Position numbers and translations under genes: made by a program. A stretch of DNA of 64,000 nucleotides. Origin: the human T2T-CHM13v2.0 reference genome, Homo sapiens. The stretch is taken from the NCBI RefSeq assembly GCF_009914755.1, contig NC_060927.1; one strand, given 5' to 3'. Below the pieces are notes generated by a model. It saw only the letters and a list, made by a program, of their open reading frames with translations, had not been told where the DNA came from and did no database searches. Shown here in pieces: positions 14,076 to 30,400 of this stretch. Each line of letters begins with the position of its first letter. Positions within the stretch are counted from its first letter, which is position 1.

Positions 14076-17000
14076 ATGAAATATCAAAGTTCACAAACTA
14101 TATATTATGTACTGTACATAAAATATCAAAGTACCCAAGGTATATATTCTATATTGTACAAAAAATATCAAAGTACCCAAAGCATGTATTATATAATGTA
14201 CATAAAATATGAAAGTACATCAAATATATATTTTATTCTGTACATAAAATATCAAAGAACACCAGATATATATTCTATAGTGTACATAAAATATCAAAGT
14301 ACCCAAAGTATACATTATATACTGTACATAAAATATGAAATTACATCATATATATATTAGGTACATAAAATATGAAAGTACATCAAATATATATTTTATT
14401 CTGTACATAAAATATCAAAGTACACCAGATATATATTCTATAGTGTACATAAAATAACAAAGTACACAAACTATAAATTATATACTGTACATAAAATATG
14501 AAATTACATCAAATATATATTAGGTACATAAAATATGAAAGTACATCAAATATAGATTATATACTGTACATATAATATCAATGTACCCGAAATATATATT
14601 TTATACTCTACATGAAATATCAAAGTTCACAAACCATATATTGTATACTGCACATAAAATATCAAAATACCCAAGGTATATATTCTATACTGTACAAAAA
14701 ATATCAAAGTACCCAAAGCAGGTATTATATACTGTACATAAAATATGAAAGTACATCAAATATATATTTTATTCTGTACATAAAATATCAAAGTACACCA
14801 GATATATATTCTATAGCGTACATAAAATATCAAAGTACACAAACTATACATTATATACTGTACATAAAATATGAAATTACATCAAATATATATTATATTA
14901 GGTACATAAAATATGAAAGTACATCAAATATAGATTATATACTGTAAATATAATATCAATGTACCCCAAATATATATTTTATACTCTACATGAAATATCA
15001 AAGTTCACAAACCATATATTATATACTGTACATAAAATATCAAAGTACCCAAGGTATATATTCTATACTGTACAAAAAATATCAAAGTACCCAAAGCATG
15101 TATTATATACTGTACATAAAATATGAAAGTACATCAAATATATATTTTATTCTGTACATAAAATATCAAAGTACACCAGATATATATTCTATAGTGTACA
15201 TAAAATATCAAAGTACCCAAACTATACATTATATACTGTACATAAAATATGAAATTACATCAAATATATATTATATTAGGTAAATGAAATATGAAAGTAC
15301 ATCAAATATAGATTATATACTGTACATAAAATATGAAAGTACCCCAAATATATATTATATACTCTACATGAAATATCAAAGTTCACAAACTATATATTAT
15401 ATACTGTACATAAAATATCAAAGTACCCAAGGTATATATTCTATACTGTACAAAAAATATCAAAGTATCCAAAGCATGTATTATATACTGTATATAAAAT
15501 ATGAAAGTACATCAAATATATATTTTATTCTGTACATAAAATATCAAAGTACACCAGATATATATTCTATAGTGTACATAAAATATCAAAGTACCCAAAC
15601 TATACATTATATACTGTACATAAAATATGAAATTACAGCAAATATATATTATATTAGGTACATAAAATATGAAAGTACATCAAATATAGATTATATACTC
15701 TACATTAAATACCAAAGTACCCCAAATATATATTTTATACTGTACATGAAATATCAAAGTTCACAAACTATATATTATATACTGTACATAAAATATCAAT
15801 GTACCCAAGGTATATATTCTATACTGCACAAAAAATATCAAAGTACCCAAAGCATGTATTATATACTGTATATAAAATATGAAAGTACATCAAATATATA
15901 TTTTATTCTGTACATAAAATATCAAAGTACACCAGATATATATTCTATAGTGTACATAAAATATCAAAGTACCCAAACTATACATTATATACTGTACATA
16001 AAATATGAAATTACATCAAATATATATTATATTAGGTACATAAAATACGAAAGTACATCAAATATAGATTATATACTGTACAAAAAATATGAAAGTACCC
16101 CAATATATATTATATACTCTACATGAAATATCAAAGTTCACAAACTATATATTATGTACTGTACATAAAATATCAAACTACCCAAGGTATATATTCTATA
16201 CTGTACAAAAAATATCAAAGTACCCAAAGCATGTATTATATAATGTACATAAAATATGAAAGTACATCAAATATATATTTTATTCTGTACATAAAATATC
16301 AAAGAACACCAGATATATATTCTATAGTGTACATAAAATATCAAAGTACCCAAACTATACATTATATACTGTACATAAAATATGAAATTACATCAAATAT
16401 ATATTATATTAGGTACATAAAATATGAAAGTACATCAAATATAGATTATATACTGTAAATATAATATCAATGTACCCCAAATATATATTTTATACTCTAC
16501 ATGAAATATCAAAGTTCACAAACCATATATTATATAGTGTACATAAAATATCAAAGTACCCAAGGTATATATTCTATACTGTACAAAAAATATCAAAGTA
16601 CCCAAAGCATGTATTATATACTGTACATAAAATATGAAAGTACATCAAATATATATTTTATTCTGTACATAAAATATCAAAGTACACCAGATATATATTC
16701 TATAGTGTACATAAAATATCAAAGTACCCAAACTATACATTATATACTGTACATAAAATATGAAATTACATCAAATATATATTATATTAGGTAAATGAAA
16801 TATGAAAGTACATCAAATATAGATTATATACTGTACATAAAATATGAAAGTACCCCAAATATATATTATATACTCTACATGAAATATCAAAGTTCACAAA
16901 CTATATATTATATACTGTCCATAAAATATCAAAGTACCCAAGGTATATATTTTATACTGTACAAAAAATATCAAAGTACCCAAAGCATGTATTATATACT

Positions 17001-20000
17001 ATACCTAAAATATGAAATTACATCAAATATGTATTTTATTCTGTACATAAAATATCAAAGAACACCAGATATATATTCTACAGTGTATATAAAATATCAA
17101 AGTACCCAAACTATACATTATATACTGTACATAAAATATGAAATTACATCAAATATATATTATATTAGGTACATAAAATATGAAAGTACATGAAGTATAG
17201 ATTATATACTGTACATAAAATATCAAAGTACCCCAAATTTATATTATATACTATACATGAAATATCAAAGTTCACAAACTATATATTATATACTGTACAT
17301 AAAATATCAAAGTACCCAAGGTATATATTCTATAGTGTACAAAAAATATCAAAGTACCCAAAGCATGTATTATATACCGTACGTAAAATATAAAATTACA
17401 TCAAATATATATTTTATTCTGTACATAAAATATCAAAGTACACCAGATATATATACTATAGTGTACATAAAATATCAAAGTACCCAAACTATACATTATA
17501 CACTGCACATAAAATATGAAATTACATCAAATATATATTAGGTACATAAAATATGAAAGTACATCAAATATAGATTATATACTGTAAATATAATATCAAT
17601 GTACCCCAAATATATATTTTATACTCTACATGAAATATCAAAGTTCACAAACCATATATTATATACTGTACATAAAATATCAAAGTACCCAAGGTATATA
17701 TTCTATACTGTACAAAAAATATCAAAGTACCCAAAGCATGTATTATATACTGTACATAAAATATGAAAGTACATCAAATATATATTTTATTCTGTACATA
17801 AAATATCAAAGTACACCAGATATATATTCTATAGTGTACATAAAATATCAAAGTACCCAAACTATACATTATATACTGTACATAAAATATGAAATTACAT
17901 CAAATATATATTATATTAGGTACATGAAATTTGAAAGTACATCAAATATAGATTATATACTGTACATAAAATATGAAAGTACCCCAAATATATATTATAT
18001 ACTCTACATGAAATATCAAAGTTCACAAACTATATATTATATACTGTACATAAAATATCAAAGTACCCAAGGTATATATTCTATACTGTACAAAAAATAT
18101 CAAAGTATCCAAAGCATGTATTATATACTGTATATAAAATATGAAAGTACATCAAATATATATTTTATTCTGTACATAAAATATCAAAGTACACCAGATA
18201 TATATTCTATAGTGTACATAAAATATCAAAGTACCCAAACTATACATTATATACTGTACATAAAATATGAAATTACAGCAAATATATATTATATTAGGTA
18301 CATAAAATATGAAAGTACATCAAATATAGATTATATACTCTACATTAAATACCAAAGTACCCCAAATATATATTTTATACTGTACATGAAATATCAAAGT
18401 TCACAAACTATATATTATATACTGTACATAAAATATCAATGTACCCAAGGTATATATTCTATACTGCACAAAAAATATCAAAGTACCCAAAGCATGTATT
18501 ATATACTGTATATAAAATATGAAAGTACATCAAATATATATTTTATTCTGTACATAAAATATCAAAGTACACCAGATATATATTCTATAGTGTACATAAA
18601 ATATCAAAGTACCCAAACTATACATTATATACTGTACATAAAATATGAAATTACATCAAATATATATTATATTAGGTACATAAAATACGAAAGTACATCA
18701 AATATAGATTATATACTGTAAATATAATATCAATGTACCCCAAATATATATTTTATACTCTACATGAAATATCAAAGTTCACAAACCATATATTATATAC
18801 TGTACATAAAATATCAAAGTACCCAAGGTATATATTCTATACTGTACAAAAAATATCAAAGTACCCAAAGCATGTATTATATACTATACCTAAAATATGA
18901 AAGTACATCAAATATATATTTTATTCTGTACATAAAATATCAAAGTACACCAGATATATATTCTACAGTGTACATAAAATATCAAAGTACCCAAACTATA
19001 CATTATATACTGTACATAAAATATGAAATTACATCAAATATATATTATATTAGGTACATAAAATACGAAAGTACATCAAATATAGATTATATACTGTACA
19101 TAAAATATCAAAGTACCCAATATATATTATATACTGTACATGAAATATCAAAGTTCACAAACTATATATTATGTACTGTACATAAAATATCAAAGTACCG
19201 AAGGTATATATTCTATACTGTACAAAAAATATCAAAGTACCCAAAGCATGTATTATATAATGTACATAAAATATGAAAGTACATCAAATATATATTTTAT
19301 TCTGTACATAAAATATCAAAGTACACCAGATATATATTCTATAGCGTACATAAAATATCAAAGTACACAAACTATACATTATATACTGTACATAAAATAT
19401 GAAATTACATCAAATATATATTATATTAGGTAAATGAAATATGAAAGTACATCTAATATAGATTATATACTGTACATAAAATATGAAAGTACCCCAAATA
19501 TATATTATATACTCTACATGAAATATCAAAGTTCACAAACTATATATTATATACTGTACATAAAATATCAAAGTACCCAAGGTATATATTCTATACTGTA
19601 CAAAAAATATCAAAGTATCCAAAGCATGTATTATATACTGTATATAAAATATGAAAGTACATCAAATATATATTTTATTCTGTACATAAAATATCAAAGT
19701 ACACCAGATATATATTCTATAGCGTACATAAAATATCAAAGTACACAAACTATACATTATATACTGTACATAAAATATGAAATTACATCAAATATATATT
19801 ATATTAGGTACATAAAATATGAAAGTACATCAAATATAGATTATATACTGTACATATAATATCAATGTACCCCAAATATATATTTTATACTCTACATGAA
19901 ATATCAAAGTTCACAAACCATATATTATATACTGTACATAAAATATCAAAGTACCCAAGGTATATATTCTATACTGTACAAAAAATATCAAAGTACCCAA

Positions 20001-21989
20001 AGCATGTATTATATACTGTACATAAAATATGAAAGTACATCAAATATATATTTTATTCTGTACATAAAATATCAAAGTACACCAGATATATATTCTATAG
20101 TGTACATAAAATATCAAAGTACCCAAACTATACATTATATACTGTACATAAAATATGAAATTACATCAAATATATATTATATTAGGTAAATGAAATATGA
20201 AAGTACATCAAATATAGATTATATACTGTACATAAAATATGAAAGTACCCCAAATATATGTTATATACTCTACATGAAATATCAAAGTTCACAAACTATA
20301 TATTATATACTGTACATAAAATATCAAAGTACCCAAGGTATATATTCTATACTGTACAAAAAATATCAAAGTATCCAAAGCATGTATTATATACTGTATA
20401 TAAAATATGAAAGTACATCAAATATATATTTTATTCTGTACATAAAATATCAAAGTACACCAGATATATATTCTATAGTGTACATAAAATATCAAAGTAC
20501 CCAAACTATACATTATATACTGTACATAAAATATGAAATTACAGCAAATATATATTATATTAGGTACATAAAATATGAAAGTACATCAAATATAGATTAT
20601 ATACTGTACATTAAATACCAAAGTACCCCAAATATATATTTTATACTGTACATGAAATATCAAAGTTCACAAACTATATATTATATACTGTACATAAAAT
20701 ATCAATGTACCCAAGGTATATATTCTATACTGCACAAAAAATATCAAAGTACCCAAAGCATGTATTATATACTGTATATAAAATATGAAAGTACATCAAA
20801 TATATATTTTATTCTGTACATAAAATATCAAAGTACACCAGATATATATTCTATAGTGTACATAAAATAACAAAGTACACAAACTATAAATTATATCCTG
20901 TACATAAAATATGAAATTACATCAAATATATATTAGGTACATAAAATATGAAAGTACATCAAATATAGATTATATACTGTACATTAAGTACCAAAGTACA
21001 CCAAATATATATTTTATTCTGTACATAAAATATCAAAGTACACCAGATATATATTCTATAGTGTACATAAAATATCAAAGTACCCAAACTATACATTATA
21101 TACTGTACATAAAATATGAAATTACATCAAATATATATTATATTAGGTAAATGAAATATGAAAGTACATCAAATATAGATTATATACTGTACATGAAATA
21201 TGAAAGTACCCCAAATATATATTATATACTCTACATGAAATATCAAAGTTCACAAACTATATATTATATACTGTACATAAAATATCAAAGTACCCAAGGT
21301 ATATATTCTATACTGCACAAAAAATATCAAAGTACCCAAAGCATGTATTATATACTGTATATAAAATATGAAAGTACATCAAATATATATTTTATTCTGT
21401 ACATAAAATATCAAAGTACACCAGATATATATTCTATAGTGTACATAAAATATCAAAGTACCCAAACTATACATTATATACTGTACATAAAATATGAAAT
21501 TACATCAAATATATATTATATTAGGTACATAAAATACGAAAGTACATCAAATATAGATTATATACTGTACATAAAATATGAAAGTACCCCAATATATATT
21601 ATATACTCTACATGAAATATCAAAGTTCACAAACTATATATTATGTACTGTACATAAAATATCAAACTACCCAAGGTATATATTCTATACTGTACAAAAA
21701 ATATCAAAGTACCCAAAGCATGTATTATATAATGTACATAAAATATGGAAGTACATCAAATATATATTTTATTCTGTACATAAAATATCAAAGAACACCA
21801 GATATATATTCTATAGTGTACATAAAATATCAAAGTACCCAAACTATACATTATATACTGTACATAAAATATGAAATTACAGCAAATATATATTATATTA
21901 GGTACATAAAATATGAAAGTACATCAAATATAGATTATATACTGTAAATATAATATCAATGTACCCCAAATATATATTTTATACTCTAC

Positions 21990-23491
21990 ATGAAATATCA
22001 AAGTTCACAAACCATATATTATATACTGTACATAAAATATCAAAGTACCCAAGGTATATATTCTATACTGTACAAAAAATATCAAAGTACCCAAAGCATG
22101 TATTATATACTGTACATAAAATATGAAAGTACATCAAATATATATTTTATTCTGTACATAAAATATCAAAGTACACCAGATATATATTCTATAGTGTACA
22201 TAAAATATCAAAGTACCCAAACTATACATTATATACTGTACATAAAATATGAAATTACATCAAATATATATTATATTAGGTAAATGAAATATGAAAGTAC
22301 ATCAAATATAGATTATATACTGTACATAAAATATGAAAGTACCCCAAATATATATTATATACTCTACATGAAATATCAAAGTTCACAAACTATATATTAT
22401 ATACTGTCCATAAAATATCAAAGTACCCAAGGTATATATTTTATACTGTACAAAAAATATCAAAGTACCCAAAGCATGTATTATATACTATACCTAAAAT
22501 ATGAAAGTACATCAAATATATATTTTATTCTGTACATAAAATATCAAAGTACACCAGATATATATACTATAGTGTACATAAAATATCAAAGTACCCAAAC
22601 TATACACTATACACTGCACATAAAATATGAAATTACATCAAATATATATTAGGTACATAAAATATGAAAGTACATCAAATATAGATTATATACTGTAAAT
22701 ATAATATCAATGTACCCCAAATATATATTTTATACTCTACATGAAATATCAAAGTTCACAAACCATATATTATATACTGTACATAAAATATCAAAGTACC
22801 CAAGGTATATATTCTATACTGTACAAAAAATATCAAAGTACCCAAAGCATGTATTATATACTGTACATAAAATATGAAAGTACATCAAATATATATTTTA
22901 TTCTGTACATAAAATATCAAAGTACACCAGATATATATTCTATAGTGTACATAAAATATCAAAGTACCCAAACTATACATTATATACTGTACATAAAATA
23001 TGAAATTACATCAAATATATATTATATTAGGTAAATGAAATATGAAAGTACATCAAATATAGATTATATACTGTACATAAAATATGAAAGTACCCCAAAT
23101 ATATATTATATACTCTACATGAAATATCAAAGTTCACAAACTATATATTATATACTGTCCATAAAATATCAAAGTACCCCAGGTATATATTTTATACTGT
23201 ACAAAAAATATCAAAGTACCCAAAGCATGTATTATATACTATACCTAAAATATGAAAGTACATCAAATATATATTTTATTCTGTACATAAAATATCAAAG
23301 TACACCAGATATATATACTATAGTGTACATAAAATATCAAAGTAGCCAAACTATACATTATACACTGCACATAAAATATGAAATTACATCAAATATATAT
23401 TAGGTACATAAAATATGAAAGTACATCAAATATAGATTATATACTGTAAATATAATATCAATGTACCCCAAATATATATTTTATACTCTAC
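21990..23491 (+). repeat. Local tandem duplication with a 751-bp period (378+373) containing a chimeric unit
   Basis: Unit starts are 21990/22741/23492 and 22368/23119. Both copies join the TGTCCATA/CTATACCT 5' half to the TACTATAG/ACACTGCAC 3' half. Confidence 0.8.
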
Positions 23492-25207
23492 ATGAAATAT
23501 CAAAGTTCACAAACCATATATTATATACTGTACACAAAATATCAAAGTACCCAAGGTATATATTCTATACTGTACAAAAAATATCAAAGTACCCAAAGCA
23601 TGTATTATATACTGTACATAAAATATGAAAGTACATCAAATATATATTTTATTCTGTACATAAAATATCAAAGTACACCAGATATATATTCTATAGTGTA
23701 CATAAAATAACAAAGTACACAAACTATAAATTATATCCTGTACATAAAATATGAAATTACATCAAATATATATTAGGTATATAAAATATGAAAGTACATC
23801 AAATATAGATTATATACTGTACATTAAGTGCCAAAGTACACCAAATATATATTTTATTCTGTACATAAAATATCAAAGTACACCATATATATATTCTATA
23901 GTGTACATAAAATATCAAAGTACCCAAACTATACATTATATACTGTACATAAAATATGAAATTACAGCAAATATATATTATATTAGGTACATAAAATATG
24001 AAAGTACATCAAATATAGATTATATACTCTACATTAAATACCAAAGTACCCCAAATATATATTTTATACTGTACATGAAATATCAAAGTTCACAAACTAT
24101 ATATTATATACTGTACATAAAATATCAATGTACCCAAGGTATATATTCTATACTGCACAAAAAATATCAAAGTACCCAAAGCATGTATTATATACTGTAT
24201 ATAAAATATGAAAGTACATCAAATATATATTTTATTCTGTACATAAAATATCAAAGTACACCAGATATATATTCTATAGTGTACATAAAATATCAAAGTA
24301 CCCAAACTATACATTATATACTGTACATAAAATATGAAATTACATCAAATATATATTATATTAGGTACATAAAATACGAAAGTACATCAAATATAGATTA
24401 TATACTGTACATAAAATATGAAAGTACCCCAATATATATTATATACTCTACATGAAATATCAAAGTTCACAAACTATATATTATGTACTGTACATAAAAT
24501 ATCAAACTACCCAAGGTATATATTCTATACTGTACAAAAAATATCAAAGTACCCAAAGCATGTATTATATAATGTACATAAAATATGAAAGTACATCAAA
24601 TATATATTTTATTCTGTACATAAAATATCAAAGAACACCAGATATATATTCTATAGTGTACATAAAATATCAAAGTACCCAAACTATACATTATATACTG
24701 TACATAAAATATGAAATTACCTCAAATATATATTATATTAGGTACATAAAATATGAAAGTACATCAAATATAGATTATATACTGTAAATATAATATCAAT
24801 GTACCCCAAATATATATTTTATACTCTACATGAAATATCAAAGTTCACAAACCATATATTATATACTGTACATAAAATATCAAAGTACCCAAGGTATATA
24901 TTCTATACTGTACAAAAAATATCAAAGTACCCAAAGCATGTATTATATACTGTACATAAAATATGAAAGTACATCAAATATATATTTTATTCTGTACATA
25001 AAATATCAAAGTACACCAGATATATATTCTATAGTGTACATAAAATATCAAAGTACCCAAACTATACATTATATACTGTACATAAAATATGAAATTACAT
25101 CAAATATATATTATATTAGGTACATAAAATATGAAAGTACATCAAATATAGATTATATACTGTAAATATAATATCAATGTACCCCAAATATATATTTTAT
25201 ACTCTAC

Positions 25208-27473
25208 ATGAAATATCAAAGTTCACAAACCATATATTATATACTGTACATAAAATATCAAAGTACCCAAGGTATATATTCTATACTGTACAAAAAATAT
25301 CAAAGTACCCAAAGCATGTATTATATACTATACCTAAAATATGAAAGTACATCAAATATATATTTTATTCTGTACATAAAATATCAAAGTACACCAGATA
25401 TATATTCTACAGTGTACATAAAATATCAAAGTACCCAAACTATACATTATATACTGTACATAAAATATGAAATTACATCAAATATATATTTTATTAGGTA
25501 CATTAAATACGAAAGTACATCAAATATAGATTATATACTGTACATAAAATATCAAAGTACCCCAATATATATTATATACTGTACATGAAATATCAAAGTT
25601 CACAAACTATATAATATGTACTGTACATAAAATATCAAAGTACCCAAGGTATATATTCTATACTGTAGAAAAAATATCAAAGTACCCAAAGCATGTATTA
25701 TATAATGTACATAAAATATGAAAGTACATCAAATATATATTTTATTCTGTACATAAAATATCAAAGTACACCAGATATATATTCTATAGCGTACATAAAA
25801 TATCAAAGTACACAAACTATACATTATATACTGTACATAAAATATGAAATTACATCAAATATATATTATATTAGGTAAATGAAATATGAAAGTACATCAA
25901 ATATAGATTATATACTGTACATAAAATATGAAAGTACCCCAAATATATATTATATACTCTACATGAAATATCAAAGTTCACAAACTATATATTATATACT
26001 GTACATAAAATATCAAAGTACCCAAGGTATATATTCTATACTGTACAAAAAATATCAAAGTATCCAAAGCATGTATTATATACTGTATATAAAATATGAA
26101 AGTACATCAAATATATATTTTATTCTGTACATAAAATATCAAAGTACACCAGATATATATTCTATAGCGTACATAAAATATCAAAGTACACAAACTGTAC
26201 ATTATATACTGTACATAAAATATGAAATTACATCAAATATATATTATATTAGGTACATAAAATATGAAAGTACATCAAATATAGATTATATACTGTAAAT
26301 ATAATATCAATGTACCCCAAATATATATTTTATACTCTACATGAAATATCAAAGTTCACAAACCATATATTATATACTGTACATAAAATATCAAAGTACC
26401 CAAGGTATATATTCTATACTGTACAAAAAATATCAAAGTACCCAAAGCATGTATTATATACTATACCTAAAATATGAAAGTACATCAAATATATATTTTA
26501 TTCTGTACATAAAATATCAAAGTACACCAGATATATATTCTACAGTGTACATAAAATATCAAAGTACCCAAACTATACATTATATACTGTACATAAAATA
26601 TGAAATTACATCAAATATATATTATATTAGGTACATAAAATACGAAAGTACATCAAATATAGATTATATACTGTACATAAAATATCAAAGTACCCCAATA
26701 TATATTATATACTGTACATGAAATATCAAAGTTCACAAACTATATATTATGTACTGTACATAAAATATCAAAGTACCCAAGGTATATATTCTATACTGTA
26801 CAAAAAATATCAAAGTACCCAAAGCATGTATTATATAATGTACATAAAATATGAAAGTACATCAAATATATATTTTATTCTGTACATAAAATATGAAAGT
26901 ACACCAGATATATATTCTATAGCGTACATAAAATATCAAAGTACACAAACTATACATTATATACTGTACATAAAATATGAAATTACATCAAATATATATT
27001 ATATTAGGTAAATGAAATATGAAAGTACATCAAATATAGATTATATACTGTACATAAAATATGAAAGTACCCCAAATATATATTATATACTCTACATGAA
27101 ATATCAAAGTTCACAAACTATATATTATATACTGTACATAAAATATCAAAGTACCCAAGGTATATATTCTATACTGTACAAAAAATATCAAAGTATCCAA
27201 AGCATGTATTATATACTGTATATAAAATATGAAAGTACATCAAATATATATTTTATTCTGTACATAAAATATCAAAGTACACCAGATATATATTCTATAG
27301 CGTACATAAAATATCAAAGTACACAAACTATACATTATATACTGTACATAAAATATGAAATTACATCAAATATATATTATATTAGGTACATAAAATATGA
27401 AAGTACATCAAATATAGATTATATACTGCAAATATAATATCAATGTACCCCAAATATATATTTTATACTCTAC
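25208..27473 (+). repeat. Tandem duplication of a 1133-bp three-unit module (377+378+378)
   Basis: Units at 25208/25585/25963 are repeated at 26341/26718/27096 with the same diagnostic variants (CTATACCT+TCTACAGTG; TATGTACT+AGCGTAC; AGTATCC). Confidence 0.8.
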
Positions 27474-30400
27474 ATGAAATATCAAAGTTCACAAACCATA
27501 TATTATATACTGTACATAAAATATCAAAGTACCCAAGGTATATATTCTATACTGTACAAAAAATATCAAAGTACCCAAAGCATGTATTATATACTGTACA
27601 TAAAATATGAAAGTACATCAAATATATATTTTATTCTGTACATAAAATATCAAAGTACACCAGATATATATTCTATAGTGTACATAAAATATCAAAGTAC
27701 CCAAACTATACATTATATACTGTACATAAAATATGAAATTACATCAAATATATATTATATTAGGTAAATGAAATATGAAAGTGCATCAAATATAGATTAT
27801 ATACTGTACATAAAATATGAAAGTACCCCAAATATATATTATATACTCTACATGAAATATCAAAGTTCACAAACTATATATTATATACTGTACATAAAAT
27901 ATCAAAGTACCCAAGGTATATATTCTATACTGTACAAAAAATATCAAAGTATCCAAAGCATGTATTATATACTGTATATAAAATATGAAAGTACATCAAA
28001 TATATATTTTATTCTGTACATAAAATATCAAAGTACACCAGATATATATTCTATAGTGTACATAAAATATCAAAGTACCCAAACTATACATTATATACTG
28101 TACATAAAATATGAAATTACAGCAAATATATATTATATTAGGTACATAAAATATGAAAGTACATCAAATATAGATTATATACTGTACATTAAATACCAAA
28201 GTACCCCAAATATATATTTTATACTGTACATGAAATATCAAAGTTCACAAACTATATATTATATACTGTACATAAAGTATCAATGTACCCAAGGTATATA
28301 TTCTATACTGCACAAAAAATATCAAAGTACCCAAAGCATGTATTATATACTGTATATAAAATATGAAAGTACATCAAATATATATTTTATTCTGTACATA
28401 AAATATCAAAGTACACCAGATATATATTCTATAGTGTACATAAAATATCAAAGTACCCAAACTATACATTATATACTGTACATAAAATATGAAATTACAT
28501 CAAATATATATTATATTAGGTACATAAAATACGAAAGTACATCAAATATAGATTATATACTGTACATAAAATATGAAAGTACCCCAATATATATTATATA
28601 CTCTACATGAAATATCAAAGTTCACAAACTATATATTATGTACTGTACATAAAATATCAAACTACCCAAGGTATATATTCTATACTGTACAAAAAATATC
28701 AAAGTACCCAAAGCATGTATTATATAATGTACATAAAATATGAAAGTACATCAAATATATATTTTATTCTGTACATAAAATATCAAAGAACACCAGATAT
28801 ATATTCTATAGTGTACATAAAATATCAAAGTACCCAAACTATACATTATATACTGTACATAAAATATGAAATTACATCATATATATATTAGGTACATAAA
28901 ATATGAAAGTACATCAAATATATATTTTATTCTGTACATAAAATATCAAAGTACACCAGATATATATTCTATAGTGTACATAAAATAACAAAGTACACAA
29001 ACTATAAAATATATACTGTACATAAAATATGAAATTACATCAAATATATATTAGGTACATAAAATATGAAAGTACATCAAGTATAGATTATATACTGTAC
29101 ATATAATATCAATGTACCCGAAATATATATTTTATACTCTACATGAAATATCAAAGTTCACAAACCATATATTGTATACTGCACATAAAATATCAAAATA
29201 CACAAGGTATATATTCTATACTGTACAAAAAATATCAAAGTACCCAAAGCAGGTATTATATACTGTATATAAAATATGAAAGTACATCAAATATATATTT
29301 TATTCTGTACATAAAATATCAAAGTACACCAGATATATATTCTATAGTGTACATAAAATATCAAGGTACCCAAACTATATATTATATACTGTACATAAAA
29401 TATGAAATTACAGCAAATATATATTATATTAGGTACATAAAATATGAAAGTACATCAAATATAGATTATATACTGTACATTAAATACCAAAGTACCCCAA
29501 ATATATATTTTATACTGTACATGAAATATCAAAGTTCACAAACTATATATTATATACTGTACATAAAATATCAATGTACCCAAGGTATATATTCTATACT
29601 GCACAAAAAATATCAAAGTACCCAAAGCATGTATTATATACTGTATATAAAATATGAAAGTACATCAAATATATATTTTATTCTGTACATAAAATATCAA
29701 AATACACCAGATATATATTCTATAGTGTACATAAAATATCAAAGTACCCAAACTATACATTATATACTGTACATAAATATGAAATTACATCAAATATATA
29801 TTATATTAGGTACATAAAATATGAAAGTACATGAAGTATAGATTATATACTGTAGATAAAATATCAAAGTACCCCAAATTTATATTATATACTATACATG
29901 AAATATCAAAGTTCACAAACTATATATTATATACTGTACATAAAATATCAAAGTACCCAAGGTATATATTCTATAGTGTACAAAAAATATCAAAGTACCC
30001 AAAGCATGTATTATATACCGTACATAAAATATAAAATTACATCAAATATATATTTTATTCTGTACATAAAATATCAAAGTACACCAGTTATATATACTAT
30101 AGTGTACATAAAATATCAAAGTACCCAAACTATACATTATACACTGTACATAAAATATGAAATTACATCAAATATATATTAGGTACATAAAATATGAAAG
30201 TACATCAAATATAGATTATATACTGTAAATATAATATCAATGTACCCCAAATATATATTTTATACTCTACATGAAATATCAAAGTTCACAAACCATATAT
30301 TATATACTGTACATAAAATATCAAAGTACCCAAGGTATATATTCTATACTGTGCAAAAAATATCAAAGTACCCAAAGCATGTATTATATACTGTATATAA

